Made by a program: the position numbers and the translations under genes. The notes below the pieces were generated by a model. That model worked only from the letters and a program-made list of their open reading frames with translations. It did not search any database and was not told the DNA's origin. Below, piece after piece: positions 19,621 through 29,072 of a stretch of DNA of 64,000 nucleotides. The stretch comes from a virus. Its lineage: Duplodnaviria > Caudoviricetes. The stretch is taken from positions 1-64,000 of the IMG/VR virus record IMGVR_UViG_2751185632_000005. One strand, written 5' to 3'. Every line of letters begins with the position of its first letter. Positions within the stretch are counted from its first letter, which is position 1.

Positions 19621-20402
19621 CAGAGCCGCTGCTCGTCGCCCGCGACCTGCGCCGCACCTTCGCCAGCGGCGGTCGCCGCGTCGCGGCGCTTGACGGCGTG
19701 TCGCTGCAGATCGCGCCCGGCGAGACGCTCGGCCTGGTCGGCGCCTCGGGCTGTGGCAAGTCGACGCTGGCGCGCGTCCTCACCCGCCTTCTCGAGCCGG
19801 AGGCCGGCTCCATCACCTTCATGGGCGACGACTGGCTGAAGCTATCCGGCGGCCGCCTGCGCGCTGCCCGCCGCCACATGCAGATGGTGTTTCAGGAGCC
19901 GCTCGCCGCCTTCAATCCGCGCGCCACCGTCGCCGGCGTGCTGGCCGATGCCCTGCGCATCCACGCCGTCGTGCCGAAGGCCGAGCGCGGCGCCGAGATC
20001 GCCCGCCTCGTCGACCGCGTCGGCCTGCCGGCGGCGCTGGTCGGCCGGTCGATCCGCGACATTTCCGGCGGCCAGCGGCAGCGGGTGGCGATCGCCCGCG
20101 CCATCGCCGTGCGGCCGCGCCTCGTCATCCTCGACGAGGCGGTGTCGGCGCTCGACGTGTCGGTGCGCGGCCGCATCCTGGAACTCTTGGTGGGCCTGCA
20201 ACGCGAGAGCGGCATTGCCTGCCTGTTCGTTTCGCACGATCTTGCCGTGGTGCGCGCCGTCTCGCACCGCATCGCGGTGATGGAGACCGGCCGCATCGTC
20301 GAGGAGGGGCCGGCGGCCGAGGTGATCGCCGCTCCGTCCACCGCCGTCCTCGGCCGGCTGATCGCCGCCGTGCCGCGCCTCAAGGGAAAGCCTGGAGCAT
20401 GA
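19617..20402 (+). CDS. ABC transporter ATP-binding protein (DppF-like)
   Basis: [24 protein letters not shown]. Confidence 0.92.
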   Translation: MTEPLLVARDLRRTFASGGRRVAALDGVSLQIAPGETLGLVGASGCGKSTLARVLTRLLEPEAGSITFMGDDWLKLSGGRLRAARRHMQMVFQEPLAAFNPRATVAGVLADALRIHAVVPKAERGAEIARLVDRVGLPAALVGRSIRDISGGQRQRVAIARAIAVRPRLVILDEAVSALDVSVRGRILELLVGLQRESGIACLFVSHDLAVVRAVSHRIAVMETGRIVEEGPAAEVIAAPSTAVLGRLIAAVPRLKGKPGA

Positions 20403-21436
20403 ACGATTTCGATCCCGCTCGCCTTCTTGATCCGCCGCCCTTTCCGGCCGAGGCCGTCGCCGGCCTCGGCGACCGGCTTGCCCGGCTGATCGGCACCTCG
20501 GGCGACGTGCTGTTCGTGCAGGCCGAGGCGGTGACGGCGCTGGAAGCGGCAGCGGCCAGCCTCGGCCGGCCGGGCGTCAAGGCAATCAACGTGGTAACCA
20601 GCCCTTATGGCGCCTGGTTCGGCCGCTGGCTACGAAAAGCTGGCGCCGCCGTCGTCGAGATCAGAGCCGAGCCGGCGCGGCCGGTCAGCCTGCGGGCGGT
20701 GGCGGCGACGCTCGACGCCCATCCCGACGCCGGCCTTCTCGCCGTCGTCCACGCGGAATCGGCCAGCGGCATCCGCAATCCGATCGAGGCGATCCTGCCG
20801 CTCGCCCGCCAGCGCGGCCTCCTCACCGTCGTCGATGCCGTCGCCTCGCTGGGCGGCCATGCCTTCGACGCCGACTCGCTCGGTGCCGACGTGGTGGCGG
20901 TCGGGCCGCAGAAGGCGCTGGCCGGGCCGGCCGGAATCTCGGCCGTGGCGGTGAGTGCCCGCACCTGGGCGGCCATCGATCGGCCGGATGCGCCGACCGC
21001 CTCGACCTTGTCGCTCCTCGACCAGAAGCGCCTGTGGCTCGACGCCGGTCGCGGCGCACTGCCGGGCACGCCATCGCCGCTCGAACTCTGGGCGCTTCAG
21101 GCGGCGCTCGACCGCGTCGAGGCGGAGGGGCTGGACAGCATCATCGATCGCCATGCCGAGGCGGCCGCCGCCGCCCGCGACGGCCTCGTCGCACTTGGCC
21201 TGACGCCCTGGGCGGCGGCAGGCGAGGCGTCGCACCTCGTCACCAGCTTCGCCGTGCCGGCCGACATCGAGGTCGATGCCTTCCTCGCGTGCCTCCGCGC
21301 CGCCGATCCGGAGTTATCGCTGGGCGTCGGCGCCGGCGCCGGCCGGCTCGTCCGCCTCAACCACACCGGCCGCCGCGCCGACCCCGCGGTGGTGCACGCC
21401 ATGATCGCCGCCGTTGCCGGCGCGCTGCGGCGTTGA
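20399..21436 (+). CDS. Class V PLP-dependent aminotransferase (AGT / pyridoxamine-pyruvate transaminase-like)
   Basis: VHAESASG, VDAVASLGG, GPQKAL. Confidence 0.85.
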   Translation: MNDFDPARLLDPPPFPAEAVAGLGDRLARLIGTSGDVLFVQAEAVTALEAAAASLGRPGVKAINVVTSPYGAWFGRWLRKAGAAVVEIRAEPARPVSLRAVAATLDAHPDAGLLAVVHAESASGIRNPIEAILPLARQRGLLTVVDAVASLGGHAFDADSLGADVVAVGPQKALAGPAGISAVAVSARTWAAIDRPDAPTASTLSLLDQKRLWLDAGRGALPGTPSPLELWALQAALDRVEAEGLDSIIDRHAEAAAAARDGLVALGLTPWAAAGEASHLVTSFAVPADIEVDAFLACLRAADPELSLGVGAGAGRLVRLNHTGRRADPAVVHAMIAAVAGALRR

Positions 21437-21462
21437 CAAGCCCCGGCCGCGTCCCTAAACAT
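21433..21462 (+). promoter_or_regulatory. Sigma70-type promoter of tRNA-Gly
   Basis: TTGACA-N17-TAAACA(T), 13 nt before the tRNA. Confidence 0.65.
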
Positions 21463-21474
21463 CCGGCCATCCAA

Positions 21475-21548
21475 GCGGGTGTAGCTCAATGGTAGAGCAG
21501 CAGCCTTCCAAGCTGAATACGAGGGTTCGATTCCCTTCACCCGCTCCA
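21475..21548 (+). tRNA. tRNA-Gly(UCC); prophage attL
   Basis: GCGGGTG/CACCCGC acceptor, TCC anticodon, encoded CCA. Confidence 0.97.
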
Positions 21549-21565
21549 CTACTTAGCCCGAATCC

Positions 21566-21596
21566 GTGGGAAGCCCGTGGGACGCTTGTGGGAAGC
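21566..21596 (+). repeat. Three GTGGGA(A/C)GC direct repeats, 11-bp period (integrase arm-type sites)
   Basis: Copies at 21566, 21577, 21588. Confidence 0.65.
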
Positions 21597-21614
21597 TAAG
21601 TTCCGAAGGCGTTC

Positions 21615-22853
21615 TCATTTGCCTTTCTTGTTGCGATTCGCATCCCGCAGGTAGGCGACCTTTCGGCTCGTCTCAATGGCCGCGCCGCGGATGTAGCGGC
21701 TGGTCATTTTGGTCGTCGTGTGGGTCGCCATTCGCTGGAGATCCGAGACCGTGGCGCCCGCCTCGTCGCCTTCGGAGATTGCTCCGGCCCTGCTGTCGCG
21801 GTTCCAGACCTCTTTGGGAACTCCGGCGAGGTCGGCGATCTTCCGCCAGTTTCGGGAGAACACCAGCGACAGGTAAGGGAGGCCGGTGTTCTCGTTGATG
21901 ATGACGGGACCGATCCGCCGATCCTTGGGGAGCCGGTCAATCTCGGCTTTGACCAGCGGCATGGCCGCAAGATCATAGCCGGCCGTTGCGCCGTTCTTGC
22001 TGGTCTTGAGCGTGAGGATTAGCTCGGAGCTGATATCCTGCCAGAGCAGGCCGCGCCATTGCTTCCCCTTCACGGCGTACGGCGAGCCTACGCCACCTGG
22101 CTTCCTGATCCATATGCCGACAACGTCGGTCTGGCGGAGGCTGGTCTCGAACTGCAGGGCCTGCGCAAGGGCAATGCTCGGTCTCCCTTGCTCGTGTGCC
22201 TTTGCGATGATCGACACGACCATGTCGTAGGTGATGGCGGTCTCCCGCCGAGGCGGCTGTTCGAATCGCATCTCGTCTAGGATGGCCTTGAGTCGGCCGC
22301 ACGACGGAATCTCCGCCATTACCCCGAACGACACGATGGCCCTCAGCCTCTTGATGAAGCCTTGGGCCTTGCGCAGCGCGCCGCCGTCGATCGAATCGCG
22401 GGCGGCGTTGAACCAACGACGGAAGTCGGCCGCCTTAATGCTGGCTAGGGTTCGGTCTCCGACGGTACGCTCGACCAAGCGAAGCTCACCCAAGTAGGTG
22501 ACCAACGTGTTCTCTTTGACCAACTTGAATGGCGAGGCTTCGTGCGTCTGGTAGAGCCGCGACAAGTCCTTGACCGTCGAAACCACCCGCACAGGATTTG
22601 CCTTTGCGCCTCTCCATTCGTTGTATCGCGCCTGCTCGCGCTCGCATGCGGCCCGGATGCCGGGATGGTCAGCCGGGTCGTTGATGTCGAGATCAATGGC
22701 GACAGACTTAGGGTGATACCCGTCTTTCTGCCCTGCCTTCGGAGCGCGCCACAGCAGGCGGTAAGTGCCATCAGCTCGAGGCTTTGCCTCCAGCCCTACG
22801 GCTCCGTCCACCTTGGGGTTTGAATGCTTCAAGGTTCTCTTCTCCCTTCTCAA
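21615..22853 (-). CDS. int: Prophage tyrosine integrase
   Basis: TSLRQTD, RDSRAG, ATHTT, SRY; TTG start with GGAG RBS. Confidence 0.88.
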   Translation of the reverse strand: MRREKRTLKHSNPKVDGAVGLEAKPRADGTYRLLWRAPKAGQKDGYHPKSVAIDLDINDPADHPGIRAACEREQARYNEWRGAKANPVRVVSTVKDLSRLYQTHEASPFKLVKENTLVTYLGELRLVERTVGDRTLASIKAADFRRWFNAARDSIDGGALRKAQGFIKRLRAIVSFGVMAEIPSCGRLKAILDEMRFEQPPRRETAITYDMVVSIIAKAHEQGRPSIALAQALQFETSLRQTDVVGIWIRKPGGVGSPYAVKGKQWRGLLWQDISSELILTLKTSKNGATAGYDLAAMPLVKAEIDRLPKDRRIGPVIINENTGLPYLSLVFSRNWRKIADLAGVPKEVWNRDSRAGAISEGDEAGATVSDLQRMATHTTTKMTSRYIRGAAIETSRKVAYLRDANRNKKGK

Positions 22854-23103
22854 TGTCTCCCTCGGCTAAGTTGCCGGGGATCCCATTATGTCGATCGAAA
22901 AAAGCCCGTACAGCCGGCCAATAGCGGCGGCGGCTTATTGGGTCGGGAAGCGGCAGCCCAAGCCGCTCATACTGAGAGCGGAGTTGAGACCACCGTTCAA
23001 CACTGAAGCCGAGCGCTGCGGCGCATGCGGCCTCTGTCACGTAGAGGGTGGTAGGGGACAAGGCGAAGGTCTCCGAAGTCGCATAATTGCGGGGGTGCGG
23101 CAT
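22771..23103 (-). CDS. Excisionase-like winged-helix protein
   Basis: Upstream of int; GLPLPDPISRRRYWPAVRAFFD. Confidence 0.6.
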   Translation of the reverse strand: MPHPRNYATSETFALSPTTLYVTEAACAAALGFSVERWSQLRSQYERLGLPLPDPISRRRYWPAVRAFFDRHNGIPGNLAEGDIEKGEENLEAFKPQGGRSRRAGGKASS

Positions 23104-23137
23104 CGCCGCGATTTCAATTTAACGGCTTGCGGCTCGC

Positions 23138-24109
23138 CTACCCATGGCGCGCCTCCGTCTCGTAGGCGGCGAGCGCGGCGGCGGCGGCACGGAAAAGACC
23201 GACGGTCAGTTTGTTGAACTCAAGGTTCAGCGTCGAAATGCGTCGCTGGTCATCCCAGAAGGGATCGACATCGCGGACGAATTCAGCAAACGGCCTCAGC
23301 GCCTCGGCCATCTGCGCCTTCACCGGGTCAATTTGCGCTTCATCCGTTACAGGCAACGGCTGTTGTGTATCGCCGGAGGCCGCTCCGCTACATACAACGG
23401 GCGGCTCGGGGGCGGCGGCGAGCATGGCTCGGTAAACCCGCTCGGATGCATCCGGAGTGGCGCTGTCCTCATGGTCAATTGCCGGAGCAGTCACCATCTC
23501 GATCGTCGGCTCGACCGGCACCAGCTTCCAGCCGACCGGAATGGACGGGGCAGGCGCCGGGACATCGACGAGGGCCGATCTGATGCGCTGCTCGTAGTCG
23601 GCTTGGGCGGCGGCCTTGGCAGCGTCGGCTGTCGGATAGAATTCACCGATGCGGGAACGCTCATCTGGGGAGCTTCCCGGCGCATAGGTCATCCATTGGC
23701 CTGCCCACCTATCGGCAAGACAGGGGCGCACAAGATAAACGCTCGGCGAGATAATTGGGGACGCCCCCCGCTGCCAGTGCCAATCACACTCTTCCCACTC
23801 CAGCGGCTTCACAGCCACGGCCGGCCCCGGCGGCGCGAGGTAGAGGGGTCGCAAGATGGCGCCCTTAGCGCGATAGTGCGGTATGTCCTCGGAATCTACG
23901 AACTGCCACCATCCCATACTCTGCCTTGCGACGTAGCGCTGCCACTCTGCAGGCTCTCCAAGATGTGGCAGGGCCGCGAGGATGGCCGCCTCGGCGACGT
24001 TTCGGATTTCGCTCTCGGAGAGGATCTTGCTGAGCTTGCCGTGAGCGGTCTGTACGTCGCCAACGGCGAGGCATGCCGGCAAAGCGGCGGCGGAGGGGAT
24101 GATGGTCAT
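23138..24109 (-). CDS. Mosaic phage hypothetical protein (Ead/Eaa-like modules)
   Basis: VKPLEW, AKAAAQADYEQRIRSAL, GWKLVPVEPT..YRAMLAAAP. Confidence 0.65.
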   Translation of the reverse strand: MTIIPSAAALPACLAVGDVQTAHGKLSKILSESEIRNVAEAAILAALPHLGEPAEWQRYVARQSMGWWQFVDSEDIPHYRAKGAILRPLYLAPPGPAVAVKPLEWEECDWHWQRGASPIISPSVYLVRPCLADRWAGQWMTYAPGSSPDERSRIGEFYPTADAAKAAAQADYEQRIRSALVDVPAPAPSIPVGWKLVPVEPTIEMVTAPAIDHEDSATPDASERVYRAMLAAAPEPPVVCSGAASGDTQQPLPVTDEAQIDPVKAQMAEALRPFAEFVRDVDPFWDDQRRISTLNLEFNKLTVGLFRAAAAALAAYETEARHG

Positions 24110-24360
24110 GGCTTCAGCTCCTCCACAACCGACCAAAGCTGTACCCGGCCGCGTCGCTCAGTCCTGATGAGCCCCTTTCTGCGCAGGGACTGGATCTGCG
24201 CATCGACAATCAGATCAGTCGTAGTTCTCCACCCACCCGGACGACGCTCTCCCCGGCCGTATTTGTCCTCAGCGTCGTCGGCGGCTTCGGCGAACGTAAA
24301 CGGTGCCTTGCGTGCGAGAATGTCCGCGCGGACGGCCTGCTTTATTTCTTCACGGGTCAT
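24106..24360 (-). CDS. Hypothetical protein (possible wHTH)
   Basis: Coupled overlap with neighbours. Confidence 0.55.
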   Translation of the reverse strand: MTREEIKQAVRADILARKAPFTFAEAADDAEDKYGRGERRPGGWRTTTDLIVDAQIQSLRRKGLIRTERRGRVQLWSVVEELKP

Positions 24361-24629
24361 TTCTGGGGCTCCTTCTCCTCGCGCAACAGCGGCAGGTTGA
24401 CGCGTTTCTCGGCAGCTAAAGCGATGAGTGACCTGCGGTACTCGGCTGGGGTTGTTGCCTTCGCGAGGGCTTTCGCTACTTCGTAAGGGTAGTCGCTGGC
24501 GCCGCGGATCCAGAAGCGGAACAGGGCTCCATCCTGATCGTCGCTGTCGAAATCCGGCGCTCGACTTTCCGGAGGAGGAGGGAGATCATGCAAAGCCGTT
24601 GTCCTTGTAGGATAAGTCTCGCGCCGCAT
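24357..24629 (-). CDS. Hypothetical protein
   Basis: Operon position. Confidence 0.45.
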   Translation of the reverse strand: MRRETYPTRTTALHDLPPPPESRAPDFDSDDQDGALFRFWIRGASDYPYEVAKALAKATTPAEYRRSLIALAAEKRVNLPLLREEKEPQK

Positions 24630-25161
24630 TGAGTTCGGCCATCATGGCGTCACTGCCGCCGGCGTCGGGATGACGTTCGCGGGCAAGGCGCTTGTAAGCG
24701 GCGTCCACTTCGACCTTGGTGGCCGACGGGCGAATGCCGAGGACCTCGTGCCACGGTTTGCGGCCCGGCGCCGGCAACGCCAGCGAAAAGCCTTTGAAGC
24801 TGGCCCGGACCAGCGCCAGTGTGCCGTGGCGAAGTTCGACGCGTCGCGCCTCAAGGACATGGTGTATGGCCTGCAGATTGGCGGCTGGCGTGCTGTAGCG
24901 ATCGACAGGGATGCACCGTTGCTCGCCGTCCCAGACGAACCAGACGGCTACGCCCGGATCGGCCGGCTTCTCCATGCCGAGCGACACATTCGACGACAGC
25001 ACGACGTTCGAGACGAGCTTGCCACTGTCTCGCCCGAACAGCCGAAGGCTGTCCTGCACGTTCTTCAATGCGCCGGCGAGTGTGGTGCGGAAGGAGCCCG
25101 TTTCGCGTCGTTGTGAACGCGGGAATCCTTCGGGCCAGGAAAGCGGATAGGCGGCTGTCAT
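24586..25161 (-). CDS. J-domain (DnaJ-like) protein
   Basis: WHEVLGI..AYKRLARERHPDAGGSDAMMAELNAA. Confidence 0.85.
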   Translation of the reverse strand: MTAAYPLSWPEGFPRSQRRETGSFRTTLAGALKNVQDSLRLFGRDSGKLVSNVVLSSNVSLGMEKPADPGVAVWFVWDGEQRCIPVDRYSTPAANLQAIHHVLEARRVELRHGTLALVRASFKGFSLALPAPGRKPWHEVLGIRPSATKVEVDAAYKRLARERHPDAGGSDAMMAELNAARDLSYKDNGFA

Positions 25162-25163
25162 GA

Positions 25164-26276
25164 TCAGTTCTCCCTGAGCACGAGTGTGAGCTTTTCGGCC
25201 GCCCTGGTGACGGCCGTGTACAGCCAGCGCAGGCTGTCTTCGCGGAAGGCTTCGCTCTCGTCGAAGACGCAGACATGCGGCCACTGGGAGCCCTGCGACT
25301 TGTGGCAGGTGATGGCGTAGCCGAAGGTGAACTGCTGCTTGTTCATCAAGTCGCGGTAGGGCATCTCTGCGGCCCTCGCGTCGTTGCGGAAGAACTCCTT
25401 GGGAACCGTCACCGAGCGCTGAGCGCCTGTTTCCGCATCAAAGAGCTCGAGCCTGATCGTCTTTCCGCGCTTCGACTTGACCGCCTCGACGCGAAACAGG
25501 TCGCCATTGTTGACGCGCACCTGGCGGTCGTTCTTCAAGCAAATCACCGGCTCGCCTGTCTGAGGCATGGCGCCGGCGGCTATACCGGCCTTTTTTCTGA
25601 TCCAGTCGTTGAAGCTCCGCCGGGTGGCGTTCCGACCGACCAAGACGATATCGGCATCGGTGGCGACGGACCGATCGAAGCCGGACTTTCGAACCACCGA
25701 AAGGTTAGGGTGGTCGACTTCGGCACGATTCCATTCGCCTTGGCGGATGCTCGTCGCCAGCTTCAGGATGGGGCTGTCGGCTGCCTGCCGGTGGACCTCA
25801 GTCAGCATGTAGTCCGGGCCGCGGCTGGTGAAGAAGCCGGCGCCGCTCGGCGGCGGGAGCTGCGCGGGGTCGCCGAGCACCAGGACCGGGATGCCGAAGC
25901 TGAGAAGATCCTTCCCCAGATCCTCGTTCACCATGCTGACCTCGTCGACGATGATGAGGCTGTAGTCGCGGAGTTCTTCCGGCGACTTCAGAATGAGCGA
26001 CACCTCCCCTGTCTCCAAGTCGACTTCCGCGTGGTAGATCAGGCTGTGGATGGTCTTGGCGTCGGCGCAGCTCTTATTGCGCATCACGCGCGCCGCCTTT
26101 CCGGTAAAGGCGGCGAACGCCACCTTGCCGCGAGCATGCTGCGCAAGGTGCATGGCGAGCGTGGTCTTGCCCGTTCCTGCGTATCCAGCCAGATAGAACG
26201 TCGGCGAATACTTCATCCGCATCCACGCGCCGGCGGTCGACAGCGCCTCGTTCTGCTGTGGGGACCAGGTCGTCAT
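25164..26276 (-). CDS. SF1B helicase (RecD/Dda-like)
   Basis: GYAGTGKT, VDEVSM, GDPAQLPP, TCHKSQG, YTAVTRA. Confidence 0.92.
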   Translation of the reverse strand: MTTWSPQQNEALSTAGAWMRMKYSPTFYLAGYAGTGKTTLAMHLAQHARGKVAFAAFTGKAARVMRNKSCADAKTIHSLIYHAEVDLETGEVSLILKSPEELRDYSLIIVDEVSMVNEDLGKDLLSFGIPVLVLGDPAQLPPPSGAGFFTSRGPDYMLTEVHRQAADSPILKLATSIRQGEWNRAEVDHPNLSVVRKSGFDRSVATDADIVLVGRNATRRSFNDWIRKKAGIAAGAMPQTGEPVICLKNDRQVRVNNGDLFRVEAVKSKRGKTIRLELFDAETGAQRSVTVPKEFFRNDARAAEMPYRDLMNKQQFTFGYAITCHKSQGSQWPHVCVFDESEAFREDSLRWLYTAVTRAAEKLTLVLREN

Positions 26277-26554
26277 GCGCCGCCCTCGGTGTCGATCGCA
26301 ACGAGGTACGCGGCGTCCTTGGCGACTTGAGCCGAGGATTGGGCGGTGCCGATGTGGGCGGCGATATCGGCCAGCAGGCGCTTGGCGTCGAGTTCCTGCA
26401 TCCGCGCGCTGGAAACGTCGTTCCAGAGCTTCTCGACGGCGGCCGTCAAATGGTCGGCAAGGTCTCCTACCTGCCCGGTGACGTTGTCAGCGGCGGCCAG
26501 CACCTCGATAATGTCGTGCCGGAGGGACGCCCGGAGCAACGGGTCCAGCATCAT
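26273..26554 (-). CDS. Hypothetical protein
   Basis: Coupled to helicase start. Confidence 0.55.
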   Translation of the reverse strand: MMLDPLLRASLRHDIIEVLAAADNVTGQVGDLADHLTAAVEKLWNDVSSARMQELDAKRLLADIAAHIGTAQSSAQVAKDAAYLVAIDTEGGA

Positions 26555-26598
26555 TGATCTCCATGGTTCGCATACTTGCGGAGCGGAGGATTTGCGGC

Positions 26599-26832
26599 TT
26601 ACGCCGGCGGGCTCTTCCGGTAGCCCGAAATCAGTGTCTCGATGGCGATTGCCTCGCCGACGTTTCCTACCTTCCAGAAACCGGCGACTGTCCTCCCGTT
26701 GACCAGAATTGGCGTCCAGAGGTAGCGCGTTCCGTCAGGGGCGCAGATCTCATCCCGACCGAACTCAAGCCACTGGCCGTCCAGTGGGCCGCCAACGGCC
26801 GGCCCTATCAGTCGGGAGCGACCGGAGATCAT
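26599..26832 (-). CDS. Hypothetical protein
   Basis: Start MISGR overlapping upstream stop. Confidence 0.45.
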   Translation of the reverse strand: MISGRSRLIGPAVGGPLDGQWLEFGRDEICAPDGTRYLWTPILVNGRTVAGFWKVGNVGEAIAIETLISGYRKSPPA

Positions 26833-27086
26833 GCGTTTCGGCTCTCCCACTTCGGCAGATCGAGCGCGACCTCGAAATCGGTCAGAATGCGGTCCCTCTT
26901 GAGCCGGCCGGCGCGGATATCCTCCAGGGTCGTGAACGAGTAGCCGGCGCGGAACGCCACGGATTCGCACGTGACATTGAGTTCGTCGATCCGGCGCATA
27001 ATCCGGTCGTGCCGTGGTGGGATGTCGCCTCGCCGGCCGACTGAGCGCGCCTTGTTCGAACGCGGGACGAGGGGAGGATGGGGCAT
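26829..27086 (-). CDS. HTH-like hypothetical protein
   Basis: VAFRAGYSFTTLEDIRAG. Confidence 0.5.
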   Translation of the reverse strand: MPHPPLVPRSNKARSVGRRGDIPPRHDRIMRRIDELNVTCESVAFRAGYSFTTLEDIRAGRLKRDRILTDFEVALDLPKWESRNA

Positions 27087-27523
27087 CAGGGTCTACGCTC
27101 CTTTTTGCTGGTGCCGAACGGTCTGCTCGACCATTTGCTCTTGGGCTTCGGCTCGGTGCCGGGCTCCTTGGCGAGCAGCCGGCGGCGGAATTCTTCCTGG
27201 CTCTCGGCGAGCCTCCTGGTTCTAGCGATCTCGGTGACGTCGCCCTGGGCCTTCGCCTTGGTGGCACCGCCGGTTGTCTTGCGGCGGTGGTCTTCCCGGC
27301 GCCGCGGCACGATGTGTGCCGGGTCATTCGCCGACGGCTCGGTATCGCCCTTCTCGGGCACCCAGACCCGCATTTGGATCGGCGGATCGTGATCCCAATC
27401 CACCGTTTCCAGCGTCAGACCGAGGGCGCGCAACGCCGCCTCGAGCTTCACCTTCAGTGGCATGTGAGGGCGGTAGCCCTGGGGCGGAGCCGGCGCCGGC
27501 TTGGATGGGGCGATCTTGGTCAT
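27086..27523 (-). CDS. Hypothetical protein, degenerate HNH-like
   Basis: DWDHDPP..ANDP..DHRRKT. Confidence 0.55.
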   Translation of the reverse strand: MTKIAPSKPAPAPPQGYRPHMPLKVKLEAALRALGLTLETVDWDHDPPIQMRVWVPEKGDTEPSANDPAHIVPRRREDHRRKTTGGATKAKAQGDVTEIARTRRLAESQEEFRRRLLAKEPGTEPKPKSKWSSRPFGTSKKERRP

Positions 27524-27873
27524 AGGCGGTCGATCTCGTAGACCTTGACGCCGGCCTCGCGCGCCTTGTGGATCAGATCATCGACGTCCCAACCGCCAGG
27601 GAAGGCGATGACGAGATTAGGCCGCCCTTCCTCGAGCATCTTGGTGTTCAGTATGGGAACGGCGGTCTTGCCATACGTGGTCGACTCCGCTCGGAAGAGG
27701 ACAGCCTCAATGCCGTGAAGTCCCGCCCATCCACCGGCGATGCTTTCGGCGCCCTTGGCGTCGCTGTGGATCAGCACGGTCATGCCGAGGTTCTTCACTG
27801 CACGGTCGAGCACGAGGAAGACCCGGTCGGCGTTTTGGTATTTCGTGCCGCCACGGACGAGAATTCTGGTCAT
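27520..27873 (-). CDS. DUF2493 / YspA-like SLOG protein
   Basis: ILVRGG..Y, GAESIA, NTKML, VIAFPGG. Confidence 0.75.
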   Translation of the reverse strand: MTRILVRGGTKYQNADRVFLVLDRAVKNLGMTVLIHSDAKGAESIAGGWAGLHGIEAVLFRAESTTYGKTAVPILNTKMLEEGRPNLVIAFPGGWDVDDLIHKAREAGVKVYEIDRL

Positions 27874-28046
27874 CCTGCTCCCCCGTTCAATTGCCGCCGT
27901 GACGGTCGGGCCAAGACCTTGTCTTGGATCAGATGGACCGCGTGACGAACTTCGGTCGCATCGTCTGGGTGTTCGACGGGCAGAGCACAGAAGGTGTTCC
28001 AGAGTACAATCGTAGCGTCGATGACTGCCTTCTCTTGTTCGGTCAT
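27870..28046 (-). CDS. Hypothetical protein
   Basis: LWN.F..LPVEHPDD pattern; coupled. Confidence 0.55.
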   Translation of the reverse strand: MTEQEKAVIDATIVLWNTFCALPVEHPDDATEVRHAVHLIQDKVLARPSRRQLNGGAG

Positions 28047-28402
28047 CCGATCCCTCCCGCCGCCTCGATGGCAGCGCGCTTGCAGCGCTCCCATACCCGC
28101 ATGCACTGTGCTCCTTTCCGGTTCAGTCGATCCGCCGCCTCGCAGAAGCGATCAATGATCGCTCGATCGATGCCGCCATGATGCGACCGAGCGCATGCCA
28201 TCCCTTCTCTCTCGACGGCCTCGCACTTGATCTTCGCGGCGACATAGGCGGCTTCGGTCCGCGACTTGAGCCGCCGCAGCTTCCTCGTGACGGCGCGCCA
28301 GTGCCTGGCACAGATCCATTCATGGGGGAGTTCGGTCTCGTCCTTGTGGAGACCGCGAGTGTGCTTGCAGAACGGGACGCAGCAGGAGATGCGATCGGTC
28401 AT
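28043..28402 (-). CDS. Cys-rich hypothetical protein
   Basis: CCVPFC..WICARHW. Confidence 0.6.
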   Translation of the reverse strand: MTDRISCCVPFCKHTRGLHKDETELPHEWICARHWRAVTRKLRRLKSRTEAAYVAAKIKCEAVEREGMACARSHHGGIDRAIIDRFCEAADRLNRKGAQCMRVWERCKRAAIEAAGGIG

Positions 28403-28405
28403 CGC

Positions 28406-28717
28406 TCACGCGCTCCCTTCAGGCTTCACGTGCTTCATCTCGTAGGCGCGGATGAAGTCGGCTAACTCGCGCTCGATCAGATCGAGCTTGCGGAGATCGG
28501 CATCGGTAGGCTCTTCGCCATCGTCGAACACGCACATCAATGACGCGAAGAGGTGCTGAGCGCCGGCGAAGAATGCCGCCCGCATTTCTTCAAGCTGTGC
28601 CGCCGGGGTGTTGAGCGGGATTGCAGCGAGACGGAGCCCGTTCCAGCCGGCCTCAACGAGCTTGCCCTGATCGACAAGTTCCTTGGTAATCCGTTCGAGG
28701 TGGGCGCGGTCAGCCAT
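28406..28717 (-). CDS. Hypothetical protein
   Basis: EMRAAFFAGAQHLF pattern. Confidence 0.6.
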   Translation of the reverse strand: MADRAHLERITKELVDQGKLVEAGWNGLRLAAIPLNTPAAQLEEMRAAFFAGAQHLFASLMCVFDDGEEPTDADLRKLDLIERELADFIRAYEMKHVKPEGSA

Positions 28718-29063
28718 GGGAGACGTCTCCGAATTCGGTCGGCAGTTCCGGCTCGTCATCTGGAAGGCGGCCCTTGATGGCCTTGCGGCTGATGGTGGTC
28801 GACTTGTCGGCGCCGTCCGGCTTAATCCACACCTCGTCGTCCGTGGCGCCGAGAACGGTGGCGTAGGCGCACTCAGCGTCAGACAGGCTGATCCGATCGC
28901 CCACCGAGAGGTTGAAGGTGTTGACATCTACGGAGTCGACGGGGACAGCCCAAACCGATACCCGACCGGAGACTGTCTCTAGATTGATGACATCCCCAGC
29001 AGTTGAGAATCCTGTAACTTTTGCCGGCAGGTGGACAATGTCGCCCCTTTTCAGGATCTGCAT
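28710..29063 (-). CDS. Hypothetical protein
   Basis: AGGAG RBS, coupled. Confidence 0.55.
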   Translation of the reverse strand: MQILKRGDIVHLPAKVTGFSTAGDVINLETVSGRVSVWAVPVDSVDVNTFNLSVGDRISLSDAECAYATVLGATDDEVWIKPDGADKSTTISRKAIKGRLPDDEPELPTEFGDVSHG

Positions 29064-29072
29064 GGCGGTCTC

